From: a virus | Lineage: Duplodnaviria > Caudoviricetes | Strand: one strand, 5' to 3' | Virus record (IMG/VR): IMGVR_UViG_3300025018_000466 | Span: 1-27,689 of that record | Length of the DNA stretch: 27,689 bases | Shown here: positions 16,257 to 23,553 of the stretch, in pieces | Layout: each line of letters starts with the position of its first letter | Numbering within the stretch: position 1 is the first letter of the stretch | Notes under the pieces: model-generated | What the model was told of the DNA's origin: nothing | The model's database searches: none | What the model saw: only the letters and a program-made list of their open reading frames with translations | Program-made: the position numbers and the translations under genes

Positions 16257-18233
16257 TCACTCGATCGTGATGTCACCGACTTGGAAGTTGCCTCGACGGT
16301 CGATCTCATCGGCAGCGCGGTTGGTTGCCTCCGCCGCGATGCGGAGGTTCGAGGAGACCTCATCTCCAGTGGGAACGGGGACTAGGGCCCCTGGAGTAAT
16401 CGGCCCTGCGAGCGCGGGGGCTAGTCCAGGGAGTGCACTCCGATCTTGTTCTCGTCTCGCCTCGTATTCTGTGGCTTGCTCCGCCGCCTCTCGCGACCGG
16501 CGGGCTAGCCCTTCTGCCCCCACCGCTTCGAGCACTTCGGCCGCTCCGGTATTGAGCGCCCACTGAGCTACATTTCCCGCGCGGACGAGAACGTCCCCTG
16601 TCGTCATTTGATTGCCCGATGTGTCCGTCTGCAACCCTAGTGGCTCTAGGGCGATCGCCAGCGCTTCCGTAGCCAGTCGACTAAACCCCCCCTCTGTGAA
16701 TGCTGTAGTGAGTCGATCGAGCGCTCCTACCAAAGCGCTGATGACCGGGCTGAGCGCCTGGAGCCCCGCGCCCATGATCCGCAAGTCGAGGTTCTGGATC
16801 GCCTGCGCGCTCTCAGCCTGCGTCGACCCGATTGCCTGCCTCTGGAGGGCCATGCCCCCCGAAAACGCACCTGCTCCGAAGATCCCCCCCGCTGTAGCGC
16901 GCCGCCCGCGTAGCGTCTCTGCTGTGCGGGCACGCGCTCCCTCTGCCCCATCGACCACCATCCCGTTCTCGAACAGCTCGCGGCTCTGCACGGCGCTCAT
17001 GTCGACGCCGAGGCCCTCCATCGCGGACCGCATCAGGTACGCACCTGTGTCGGAGTCACCGGCCATGCCGCGCAGCGATTCCACAAACGCTCGCATGGTC
17101 TCGGGGTCCCGCGCTTCGAGGCGCTCCAAGGACTCCTGGTAGGACGCCCCGGAGCCGAAACCGGCGGCGCGGAGGGCTAACCCTTGCGCGAACCCGCGTC
17201 CGCGTCCGGCGCTCGCCATGCCCTGGCCGAAGTTGCCCGCAAAGCGACTTCCCGCCTCCCCTGCGAAAGACGCGCCGCTTCCGCGGAACGCCGTGAACAG
17301 CGCCATCACGCTCCCCGGCGCCAAGGGGATGCCGCGCGTCCGCGCGTCCTCGGTGAACGACGCCATCTGCTGCATGTGCTGATCGAGCCGTGACTCCCGG
17401 ATCCCCGCCAAGAGCCCCGCGCCGACCGCCTCTTGCATCAACGCGGCGGGGTCGTCCACGCGCCCTCCGCTCATCTCGGCCGCGCCGATCATGGAGCCCG
17501 CGTTGTTGACGCCGAGGAGCTGCGACAACGCGAGCTGCGTCCCGAACGCACCGCTGAGTCGGTCCCCGGTGAGCCCGCTCGTGCCGCCAAACTGCGCGAC
17601 CATCCCGGGCACCGCGCCGGGTGCGAGGCCGAAGGCGCCAACGCCCTGTCGCACGAGCGCGTCCATGCCGGGCCCGACGCCCGTGCCGCCGAACACGCCG
17701 GCCTGCGCCATCTGCTGCTGCGCGTACTCGTTGTATAGGCGCACGCTCGTCTGCGCTGCTGCGCCGAGGGTCCCGCCGATGTATGGGATCGATCCGAGCG
17801 CCGACGCGGTCGCGCTACCTCCGAGCATGCCGGGGCCCATACCCATCAACTGCTGGAGCATGTGGAACTTGAACATGCCACCGGCGATGGTGTTCGAGCT
17901 TGTGCCGCGGCTCCCGCCCCCTCCACCCCCCGCGCGACGAGACATCTCGTTGGAGCGCTTCAGCTCCTCGCGCAAGAGGCGCATCTCTTGGGCCAGCGCG
18001 CCCCCTTCCCGTGCCCCTCCTCGCCCGGCAGGGCTAAGCCCGCCACCAAGCGCGGCGCCTGCGCCCCCTGCCTTCCCGAGCCCCTCCATCTTGGCGGCGA
18101 TGCGGTCGAGCGCCTTCTCGAAGCGATCGAGCGAGCGGTCGTCGAAGGCGCGCTCCAGCGTCCGAGACAACCCGACGATCTGTCGATCGTCGACCGCTAC
18201 TTCGATCACCGTCTTGTGGCGCGTATCGCTCAT
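16257..18233 (-). CDS. Tail tape measure protein (658 aa)
   Basis: Long Gly/Ala-rich helical protein between tail chaperones and hub. Confidence 0.78.
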   Translation of the reverse strand: MSDTRHKTVIEVAVDDRQIVGLSRTLERAFDDRSLDRFEKALDRIAAKMEGLGKAGGAGAALGGGLSPAGRGGAREGGALAQEMRLLREELKRSNEMSRRAGGGGGGSRGTSSNTIAGGMFKFHMLQQLMGMGPGMLGGSATASALGSIPYIGGTLGAAAQTSVRLYNEYAQQQMAQAGVFGGTGVGPGMDALVRQGVGAFGLAPGAVPGMVAQFGGTSGLTGDRLSGAFGTQLALSQLLGVNNAGSMIGAAEMSGGRVDDPAALMQEAVGAGLLAGIRESRLDQHMQQMASFTEDARTRGIPLAPGSVMALFTAFRGSGASFAGEAGSRFAGNFGQGMASAGRGRGFAQGLALRAAGFGSGASYQESLERLEARDPETMRAFVESLRGMAGDSDTGAYLMRSAMEGLGVDMSAVQSRELFENGMVVDGAEGARARTAETLRGRRATAGGIFGAGAFSGGMALQRQAIGSTQAESAQAIQNLDLRIMGAGLQALSPVISALVGALDRLTTAFTEGGFSRLATEALAIALEPLGLQTDTSGNQMTTGDVLVRAGNVAQWALNTGAAEVLEAVGAEGLARRSREAAEQATEYEARREQDRSALPGLAPALAGPITPGALVPVPTGDEVSSNLRIAAEATNRAADEIDRRGNFQVGDITIE

Positions 18234-18643
18234 CAGAGATCCCGGTCAGGGGCCGTCGCCGCCAGCTCCATCGCGTCCCATTCGAGGTCGCCCGTCAAGT
18301 GGGGGGTGTCGGCGATCGCCTTGGCGTCCTCGCCGCGGTTGATGCGCACCTCCGGCTCGACACCACCACCTAGTCTCTCGGCACGAAAACGCTCACGCAG
18401 GTCGGCGATGTGCTCCGCGTCGATGCTCTCCGCGGCTTCGAGCTGAACGACGTGGTCAAGCACCTCGTCCAGCCGAAGACGCAAGAGTCTTGCGTCGTTG
18501 AGCGGGAGCCGATGCTTCCTCGCCCACAGAAGCATCGCCCTCCGAGTCGTCTCCGCCGCCGTCTTGTCCGGCCTTTGGAGCCACTCCTTCGCCGCCGTGA
18601 TCGAGATCTCGCGCCGCCGCGCCGCCGTGAAATCGACGCTCAT
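18233..18643 (-). CDS. Tail assembly chaperone, second (gpT-like) frame; probably expressed by frameshift
   Basis: Overlaps the upstream chaperone ORF by 188 nt in the +1 frame; WARKHRLPLNDARLL motif; ends at the tape measure start (TGATG). Confidence 0.65.
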   Translation of the reverse strand: MSVDFTAARRREISITAAKEWLQRPDKTAAETTRRAMLLWARKHRLPLNDARLLRLRLDEVLDHVVQLEAAESIDAEHIADLRERFRAERLGGGVEPEVRINRGEDAKAIADTPHLTGDLEWDAMELAATAPDRDL

Positions 18644-19007
18644 ACGCGGTGACCTCCTTGTACAGCGCCGAGATCGGCGTCGCGTCGTAGAGGTTCCACA
18701 CGTCCCACCAGTCCGGCAGCGACTTCGGGTCGATCGTGACGGTCAGGAAGCTGACTTGCTCGACGATCGCGAACCCGTTGGGGTCCGCTGCCGCACCCAT
18801 CGGCAGGTAGTTCGCCTTGAGCTGCGCGATCTTCACCTGATCCCCGAGGGTCGGGACCTTGAAGGTGAAGGTGTGCTTGTAGCGCTTGCCCCGCGTCCCC
18901 TCGACGTCGAGGTGGATCTTGGTGATCGGGGCGAGCCCTTGCTCGCCGTCCTCGGACTTCTTCTCTCCAAGATCGGCGAGCGCCTTGCGCGGGTCGATGA
19001 GGCTCAT
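18456..19007 (-). CDS. Tail assembly chaperone (gpG-like)
   Basis: Between tube and tape measure; globular ~125 aa ending in LPDWW...LYKEVTAYERRF, then a low-complexity tail. Confidence 0.7.
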   Translation of the reverse strand: MSLIDPRKALADLGEKKSEDGEQGLAPITKIHLDVEGTRGKRYKHTFTFKVPTLGDQVKIAQLKANYLPMGAAADPNGFAIVEQVSFLTVTIDPKSLPDWWDVWNLYDATPISALYKEVTAYERRFHGGAAARDLDHGGEGVAPKAGQDGGGDDSEGDASVGEEASAPAQRRKTLASSAGRGA

Positions 19008-19009
19008 GG

Positions 19010-19444
19010 CTAGACGATCTCGCTTTCGTCCATGATGCGGATCGCGACGAACTCCACGTCCTGGAGGACGATGCCACGCGCGCCTATGTTCTGCGTGTAA
19101 CGCGACGGGCGCACGCGCTGGATCGTGGCGACGATCGTTCCGGTGACCGAGTCCTCGACCGTCGCCGTCATCTCGGGGTGTCGGAGGATGTCTTCGAGGC
19201 GGGGGAAGAGCACGACGCCGTCGCGGTTCTTGATCGGGTTGGTGATCACCCGCACGAACTGCGCGCTGAGCGTGACGCGGTACGCGGTCGCGACGTGCTC
19301 CGCGACTTCGAGCTGATCCAGCACCTCGACGGGGTCCTGCTGGATCTCCTCGGAGTAGCTTACGTTCGTCGCGTACATCACTCGTACACCGTCTATGGTG
19401 AATCGAGCACGCGCACCGCTCAGGACGAGCCCTCTACCGGCCAT
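19010..19444 (-). CDS. Tail tube protein (144 aa)
   Basis: Size, beta-rich pattern (SGARARFTIDG, VEVLDQLEVAEHV, QDVEFVA), GGAGG RBS and position downstream of the sheath. Confidence 0.85.
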   Translation of the reverse strand: MAGRGLVLSGARARFTIDGVRVMYATNVSYSEEIQQDPVEVLDQLEVAEHVATAYRVTLSAQFVRVITNPIKNRDGVVLFPRLEDILRHPEMTATVEDSVTGTIVATIQRVRPSRYTQNIGARGIVLQDVEFVAIRIMDESEIV

Positions 19445-19531
19445 GGGAGTTAAGCCCTCCGACGAACTTCATGTTCGCCAATGATCGTACACGGTTTCGG
19501 GCAGCTAACCAAAGACCGCATCAGTTGCCGT

Positions 19532-19560
19532 TTGACGCCATTGTTGGACCCGGCTATGTT
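19532..19560 (+). promoter_or_regulatory. Sigma70-type promoter TTGACG-N17-TATGTT driving RHH-tnpB
   Basis: -35 at 19532-19537, 17-nt spacer, -10 at 19555-19560; predicted start site falls on the in-frame GTG at 19568. Confidence 0.75.
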
Positions 19561-19567
19561 GATGACC

Positions 19568-19720
19568 GTGCCGGCTCCAAAGAAGCGACAGCCAGTCCAG
19601 GGCATCAAGATCCACCTCGACCCACCGCTCTTGGCGTGGCTTCGGTTGGAAGCAAAGCGCCTTGACGTATCGATCTCCGAGTTGCTCCGACGCCTCGTCC
19701 GCAAGGAAATGGGCATTTGA
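19568..19720 (+). CDS. Ribbon-helix-helix (CopG/Arc-like) DNA-binding protein (50 aa), probably leaderless
   Basis: Beta strand IKIHL, helix PPLLAWLRLEAKRL, turn, helix SISELLRRLV; its TGA overlaps the tnpB TTG start (TTGA). Confidence 0.8.
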   Translation: MPAPKKRQPVQGIKIHLDPPLLAWLRLEAKRLDVSISELLRRLVRKEMGI

Positions 19721-20922
19721 TCCTCGCTCATCGGATCCGGCTCGACCCGAACAACGTCCAGGCATCGTGGTTGGAGCGCTGCGCGGGGACAGCGCGCTTC
19801 ACGTTCAACTGGGGCTTGGCGCGCTGGCAGGAGCAACACGCGGCCGGCGAGAAACCATCCTGGCAGAAAATCAACGGCGAGTTGAACTCCGTCAAGTCTG
19901 TCGAGTTCCCCTGGATGACCGAACTGCCGTGGGCGATCACCAACAAAGCTCTCTCTGACCTCGGCGCGGCCTTCACCAACTTCTTCCACCGGGTGAAGTT
20001 CGGGCAGAAACCCGGCTACCCGCGCTTCAAGTCGAGGAAGCGGAGCACCCCTAGCTTCGCGATCGAGGGCCGTGCGCTTCACTTCGACGGCAAAAAGATC
20101 AAGATCCCCAAGCTCGGTTGGGTACGCACACGGGAAGCGCTCCGCTTTCCGGGCAAGGTGCTTTCCGCACGCTTCACGAAGCGCGCAGGATATTGGTACG
20201 TCTCTCTCCAGGTCGAGGTCGACGAATCCCGTTGGTCCTACCCCCATCGCTGCGAAACCCAAGCAGTGGTCGGTGTAGACCTCGGTATCGTCGATCTCGC
20301 CGTGCTCTCCACCGGAGAGCGGATCGAGGCGCCTCGTGCTCTGCGAGCACACGAAACCAAGCTGCGACGGCTTAACAAAGAGCTGTCGCGGCGCACACGA
20401 GGAGGCAAGAACTGGCACAAGACCAAGGCGCAGATCCAGAGGCTCCACGAGCGCATTGCCAACATTCGACGGGATGTGACGCACAAGCTCACCACGAGCT
20501 TGGTCAAGCGGTTTCGCTGGATTGGCATCGAGGATCTGAACGTTGTCGGCATGACGAAGAACAGGAGGCTCGCCAAGTCCGTGATGGACGCAGCGATGTC
20601 GGAGGTCAGCCGGCAACTCGCGTACAAGGCCCCTCTCGTAGGAAGCGCGGTCGTCGTTGCCGACCGCTGGTATCCGAGCAGCAAGACGTGCTCCGGGTGC
20701 GGCGTCGTCTATGCCGACCTCTCGCTCGGCGAGCGCCGTTGGACCTGCGACGCATGTGGTGCCGAGCACGACCGCGACAAGAATGCCGCGGAGAACCTGA
20801 GAGCTATGGCCGCCGCCCAGGCGGTTACAGCCTGCTGTCACGGGAGCGCTGGCGCCGATCTTCGGATCGACGTGAAACCCCCGCTTGGGCAGGAATCGAG
20901 CAACGTTGTTAGCTTCGGTTAG
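19717..20922 (+). CDS. tnpB: RNA-guided endonuclease TnpB (401 aa), catalytic residues intact
   Basis: N-terminal HTH (AHRIRLDPN...ARFTFNWGL), GYPRFKSRK, RuvC-I VGVDLG (D188), RuvC-II IEDL (E272), Zn finger CSGC/CDAC, RuvC-III HDRDKNAA (D354). Confidence 0.96.
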   Translation: MILAHRIRLDPNNVQASWLERCAGTARFTFNWGLARWQEQHAAGEKPSWQKINGELNSVKSVEFPWMTELPWAITNKALSDLGAAFTNFFHRVKFGQKPGYPRFKSRKRSTPSFAIEGRALHFDGKKIKIPKLGWVRTREALRFPGKVLSARFTKRAGYWYVSLQVEVDESRWSYPHRCETQAVVGVDLGIVDLAVLSTGERIEAPRALRAHETKLRRLNKELSRRTRGGKNWHKTKAQIQRLHERIANIRRDVTHKLTTSLVKRFRWIGIEDLNVVGMTKNRRLAKSVMDAAMSEVSRQLAYKAPLVGSAVVVADRWYPSSKTCSGCGVVYADLSLGERRWTCDACGAEHDRDKNAAENLRAMAAAQAVTACCHGSAGADLRIDVKPPLGQESSNVVSFG

Positions 20923-20960
20923 CATCGTTCAAGTCTCGAATGGGATCACGCCGCCTGTCG
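20805..20960 (+). ncRNA. Predicted TnpB omega-RNA (reRNA) scaffold plus 3' guide; boundaries approximate
   Basis: Overlaps the tnpB 3' end; CCTGC (20831-20835) pairs with GCAGG (20889-20893); two C(UUCG)G hairpins at 20856-20869 and 20902-20929. Confidence 0.7.
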
Positions 20961-23213
20961 AATCGCCACCAGGTGGACAGTGATCGGGATCCAGTTGATC
21001 GGGAGGGTCGGGGCGATCTCCACGCTCACCGGGAACACGTCGCCGATCTGCTCGACGCTGAGATTCCGCCACGCGACCGCCACGCCCTCGGGGCCCGTGA
21101 GCTGGTTGAGCACGTCGGCCGCGAGGCCCTTGATGGACGCGGCCGAGCCCGCGAGCCCTCGGTGTCCGACCCTCTGTTCGAGCGCGCGCCGGAACTCGAA
21201 CACCGCGGTGTTCGCGGACTCGTTCGCGGACATCTCGCAGAACACCTTGTTGTCGTCGGCCAGGTGCGTGGTGATGGAGCGCACCCAGCGCACGCCCACG
21301 CGGTCGACCATCTCCGAAAACATCAGCCCCGCGTCGATCATCTCCTCGTCGTCATCTTGGACGGTCCACGAGGAGTCGCGGCGGGTGTCCGACACGAAGG
21401 GGCGCTTGTGGGTGAGCGGCTCGCCGATCGGTGAGCCCGCCTGCATGCCCGCCGCAATCGCCGCGTAGATGTACGGCGGGAACCACTCCTCGGTGAGCGT
21501 GTCGGGGTTGGAGCGCTTGCACTCCTCCGAAATCGCCGAGATGTGCCGCGTGGCGAGCGTACGGATCTGCGACTTGATGTTGGTCTTGGTCTCACCCGCG
21601 CCGCCGGCCGTGCCGATCCCGACGTAGCCGTTCGCCTCCGAGCGCCCGCGCCCGGCCCGCCACACGAGATGGAGCGCGAGGAGCGCATGGATCGCCGGGT
21701 CCCGCGTGAGGGGGACGATCGTGTTCACGCGCCGCGCGCGCAACAGGTCGAACGCCTGGAGCCATTCGTCGGCCGTGACCGTGCCCTCGGTCCCGCCCGT
21801 GAGGAAGATGGCGCCCGATGTGTTGGCCGGCGCCGCCGTGGCGCTCGAGGCGACCTCCACGGACACGTAGGCGCTGCCAGCGTTCAGCGCGTCGACGAAC
21901 GCCTGCAAGTCGCCGAGGAAGTCGTAGGCCGCGCCCATGATGGTCTGCCCCGTGACGGCGTCCAGGTCGGCGGGGTCGTAGGTGGTCGGGTTGCTGACGC
22001 TCGCGGTGGCCGTGATGCCGTCGCGAGAGTTGAGGTAGTCGACGAGCTTCTGAACGGTGTTGTAGAGGCTCAGAGAGGCGCTGATCGCCGTCACCGACAC
22101 GGTGACCGTCCGCGCGCCAGCCACGTCGCCGAGCGCCAGCACGTCGAGCCCGCCGAACACCGTCGCGCCGACCACGGGAACGGACGCCCCGTTGGTCATG
22201 TCGAAGCGGTTGGCAATGGCCGCGCCCGTCGCCGAGCGCCCCCACACCGCCACGTCGACGGCCGCGTTCGTGTCGATGGACACGGTCAAGACGCTCGCCG
22301 CCGGCATGTTCGTGAGCAGCACGACGCCGCGCGTGAGCACACCCGCCGTGAGCGAGAACAAGGTCGTGGGGAACGTCGAGCGCACGGTGACCGTGCCGAG
22401 GGTCGCCGCGCTCTTCACGACGCCGAGCACCTTCGAGAAGCTCTGCGTACCAGCCACAACGGTCGTACCGTTCAGGGTGACGGTCTCGCTGACCGGCGTC
22501 GTGCCACTCAGCCCATAGACCGTTACGGTCTGCGTCGTGTCCCCGGCGTCACTCGACAGGTACTCCAACGTGCCCGGCGCCGCGATGTCCGCCGTCCGCT
22601 CGGCCACGAGGCCCGTCTCCGCCTTCGTCGCCGCGACCGACAGCAGCGACGCGGTCTTCGTCGCGAGCGCCGTCCCGTAGCCCTCGGTCCCGGGCGTGTA
22701 GAGCAAGTCGAGGATCGTGTCCCCGCCGACGTCGTCGAAGACCTCGGTCTCGGTCTCGAAGATCACGGTGATCTTCTTGCCCTGGACGGTGCCCGCCGCG
22801 ACCGTGACGTTGATCTGGTTCGTGAACAGGCCCCAGTCCCGCGCGGTGATGTCCACCGAGTCCGCTGCCGCTCCGTCGGGGAGCGTCAACGAGGCTTGCA
22901 CGGCCGGATTGACCTTGACGGCCACGATGCGCTGTGCGCCGCCGGGGACCGCGTCGTCGAGGCTGGGCTCGAAACAGAACTGGCCCGCGACCCGCAGATC
23001 CCCCGATCGATACGTGGCCATCATCTTCCCAGGCCGCGTGTAGTCCGAGTAGGTCGAGTCGACGCTGAGCGGCTTACCGCCCTCGGCCGTGCCGAGGAGC
23101 GCCACGATCCCGACGGCTGACTGACTGACCCCCGCCAGCTCGCTAGCGTCGATGATGCTCACTGCTTGGGGGACGTTGATCCGGCGCCCGCCAAAGAAAA
23201 TGCTGCTGGCCAT
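20946..23213 (-). CDS. Contractile tail sheath protein (755 aa)
   Basis: ATG at 23213 with GAGGGAG RBS; VALLGTAEGGKP, ARDWGLFTNQI, FLTGGTEG, GEPLTHK and SITT motifs of phage sheath proteins. Confidence 0.92.
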   Translation of the reverse strand: MASSIFFGGRRINVPQAVSIIDASELAGVSQSAVGIVALLGTAEGGKPLSVDSTYSDYTRPGKMMATYRSGDLRVAGQFCFEPSLDDAVPGGAQRIVAVKVNPAVQASLTLPDGAAADSVDITARDWGLFTNQINVTVAAGTVQGKKITVIFETETEVFDDVGGDTILDLLYTPGTEGYGTALATKTASLLSVAATKAETGLVAERTADIAAPGTLEYLSSDAGDTTQTVTVYGLSGTTPVSETVTLNGTTVVAGTQSFSKVLGVVKSAATLGTVTVRSTFPTTLFSLTAGVLTRGVVLLTNMPAASVLTVSIDTNAAVDVAVWGRSATGAAIANRFDMTNGASVPVVGATVFGGLDVLALGDVAGARTVTVSVTAISASLSLYNTVQKLVDYLNSRDGITATASVSNPTTYDPADLDAVTGQTIMGAAYDFLGDLQAFVDALNAGSAYVSVEVASSATAAPANTSGAIFLTGGTEGTVTADEWLQAFDLLRARRVNTIVPLTRDPAIHALLALHLVWRAGRGRSEANGYVGIGTAGGAGETKTNIKSQIRTLATRHISAISEECKRSNPDTLTEEWFPPYIYAAIAAGMQAGSPIGEPLTHKRPFVSDTRRDSSWTVQDDDEEMIDAGLMFSEMVDRVGVRWVRSITTHLADDNKVFCEMSANESANTAVFEFRRALEQRVGHRGLAGSAASIKGLAADVLNQLTGPEGVAVAWRNLSVEQIGDVFPVSVEIAPTLPINWIPITVHLVAIRQAA

Positions 23214-23215
23214 GG

Positions 23216-23476
23216 CTAACGCTCCCTCGTCTTGAAGAGCTGAAACTCCGCGTCCCATTCCTCGGCGGCGAGCTTGCGCGTGCGAGGCGCGAGGCACTCA
23301 CAGTGCAAGAAGGCCGCGGCGAGCGGCGACGCGTTGCCGCGGAAGTGCTGCACCGCCGTCAACTTGAGGCGCCGATCGGGGAGGGCCTGCGGGGGGACCT
23401 GCGGGGGGACCTGCGGGGGGACCTGCGGGGGGACCTGCGGGGGGACCTCGGGCATCGAATCCTCGGGGTCAGGCAT
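23216..23476 (-). CDS. Small pre-sheath protein (86 aa) with (VPPQ)5 repeat
   Basis: GAGGA RBS before ATG at 23476; ends 2 nt before the sheath ATG. Confidence 0.65.
   Translation of the reverse strand: MPDPEDSMPEVPPQVPPQVPPQVPPQVPPQALPDRRLKLTAVQHFRGNASPLAAAFLHCECLAPRTRKLAAEEWDAEFQLFKTRER
23386..23448. repeat. 12-bp perfect tandem repeat CCTGCGGGGGGA x5
   Basis: Five exact copies at 23386-23445 plus CCT. Confidence 0.97.
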
Positions 23477-23521
23477 GGGTGAGTCCTCGATCTTGCGGGG
23501 GCGGCGCACGGTTGTTGATCC

Positions 23522-23550
23522 GTCGTATCACAATGCCTATTTTCCGTCCA
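23522..23550 (-). promoter_or_regulatory. Possible internal promoter for tail genes (TGGACG-N17-TACGAC with TGn extension)
   Basis: AT-richer intergenic gap; 17-nt spacing; TGTG-A before the -10; only a partial match to consensus. Confidence 0.35.
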
Positions 23551-23553
23551 TGC

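Larger units (their letters stand above)
19449..20945 (+). mobile_element. Non-autonomous IS200/IS605- or IS607-derived element (RHH + tnpB, no tnpA) between sheath and tube; exact ends uncertain
   Basis: Opposite-strand cassette interrupting normally adjacent genes; ATGGGA at 19443-19448 and 20940-20945; inverted GCTAACC(A/G)AAG at 19504-19514 and 20913-20923. Confidence 0.75.

Noticed and set aside
19461-19479. Small hairpin CGAAC-TTCAT-GTTCG as an IS605 left-end hairpin or terminator
   Set aside because: The stem is short, has no U-tract and no matching copy at the right end; it cannot be assigned to element or host without an empty-site sequence.
19717-20922. Cas12f/CRISPR system or nuclease-dead TldR regulator
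   Set aside because: No repeat-spacer array or cas genes nearby, and all three RuvC acidic residues are intact.
19449-20945. IStron (group I intron carrying tnpB)
   Set aside because: The element is intergenic and antisense to the host operon, and only about 80 nt precede the promoter, too little for a group I core.
21543-23120. Long plus-strand ORFs (21543-23120, 13324-14469, 12024-12962, 8706-9608, 5144-6013 and similar)
   Set aside because: They are shadows of well-supported minus-strand genes in GC-rich DNA, with Arg/Gly/Ala-rich or motif-free translations and no RBS.
1549-23213. Headless contractile injection system (eCIS, tailocin or T6SS)
   Set aside because: Head-tail adaptor and stopper genes and a gpG/GT-type chaperone pair are present, and no eCIS AAA+ ATPase or T6SS membrane genes are seen; a phage tail explains the region better.
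23386-23448. CRISPR array
   Set aside because: The 12-bp units are contiguous with no spacers and are in frame within a coding sequence.
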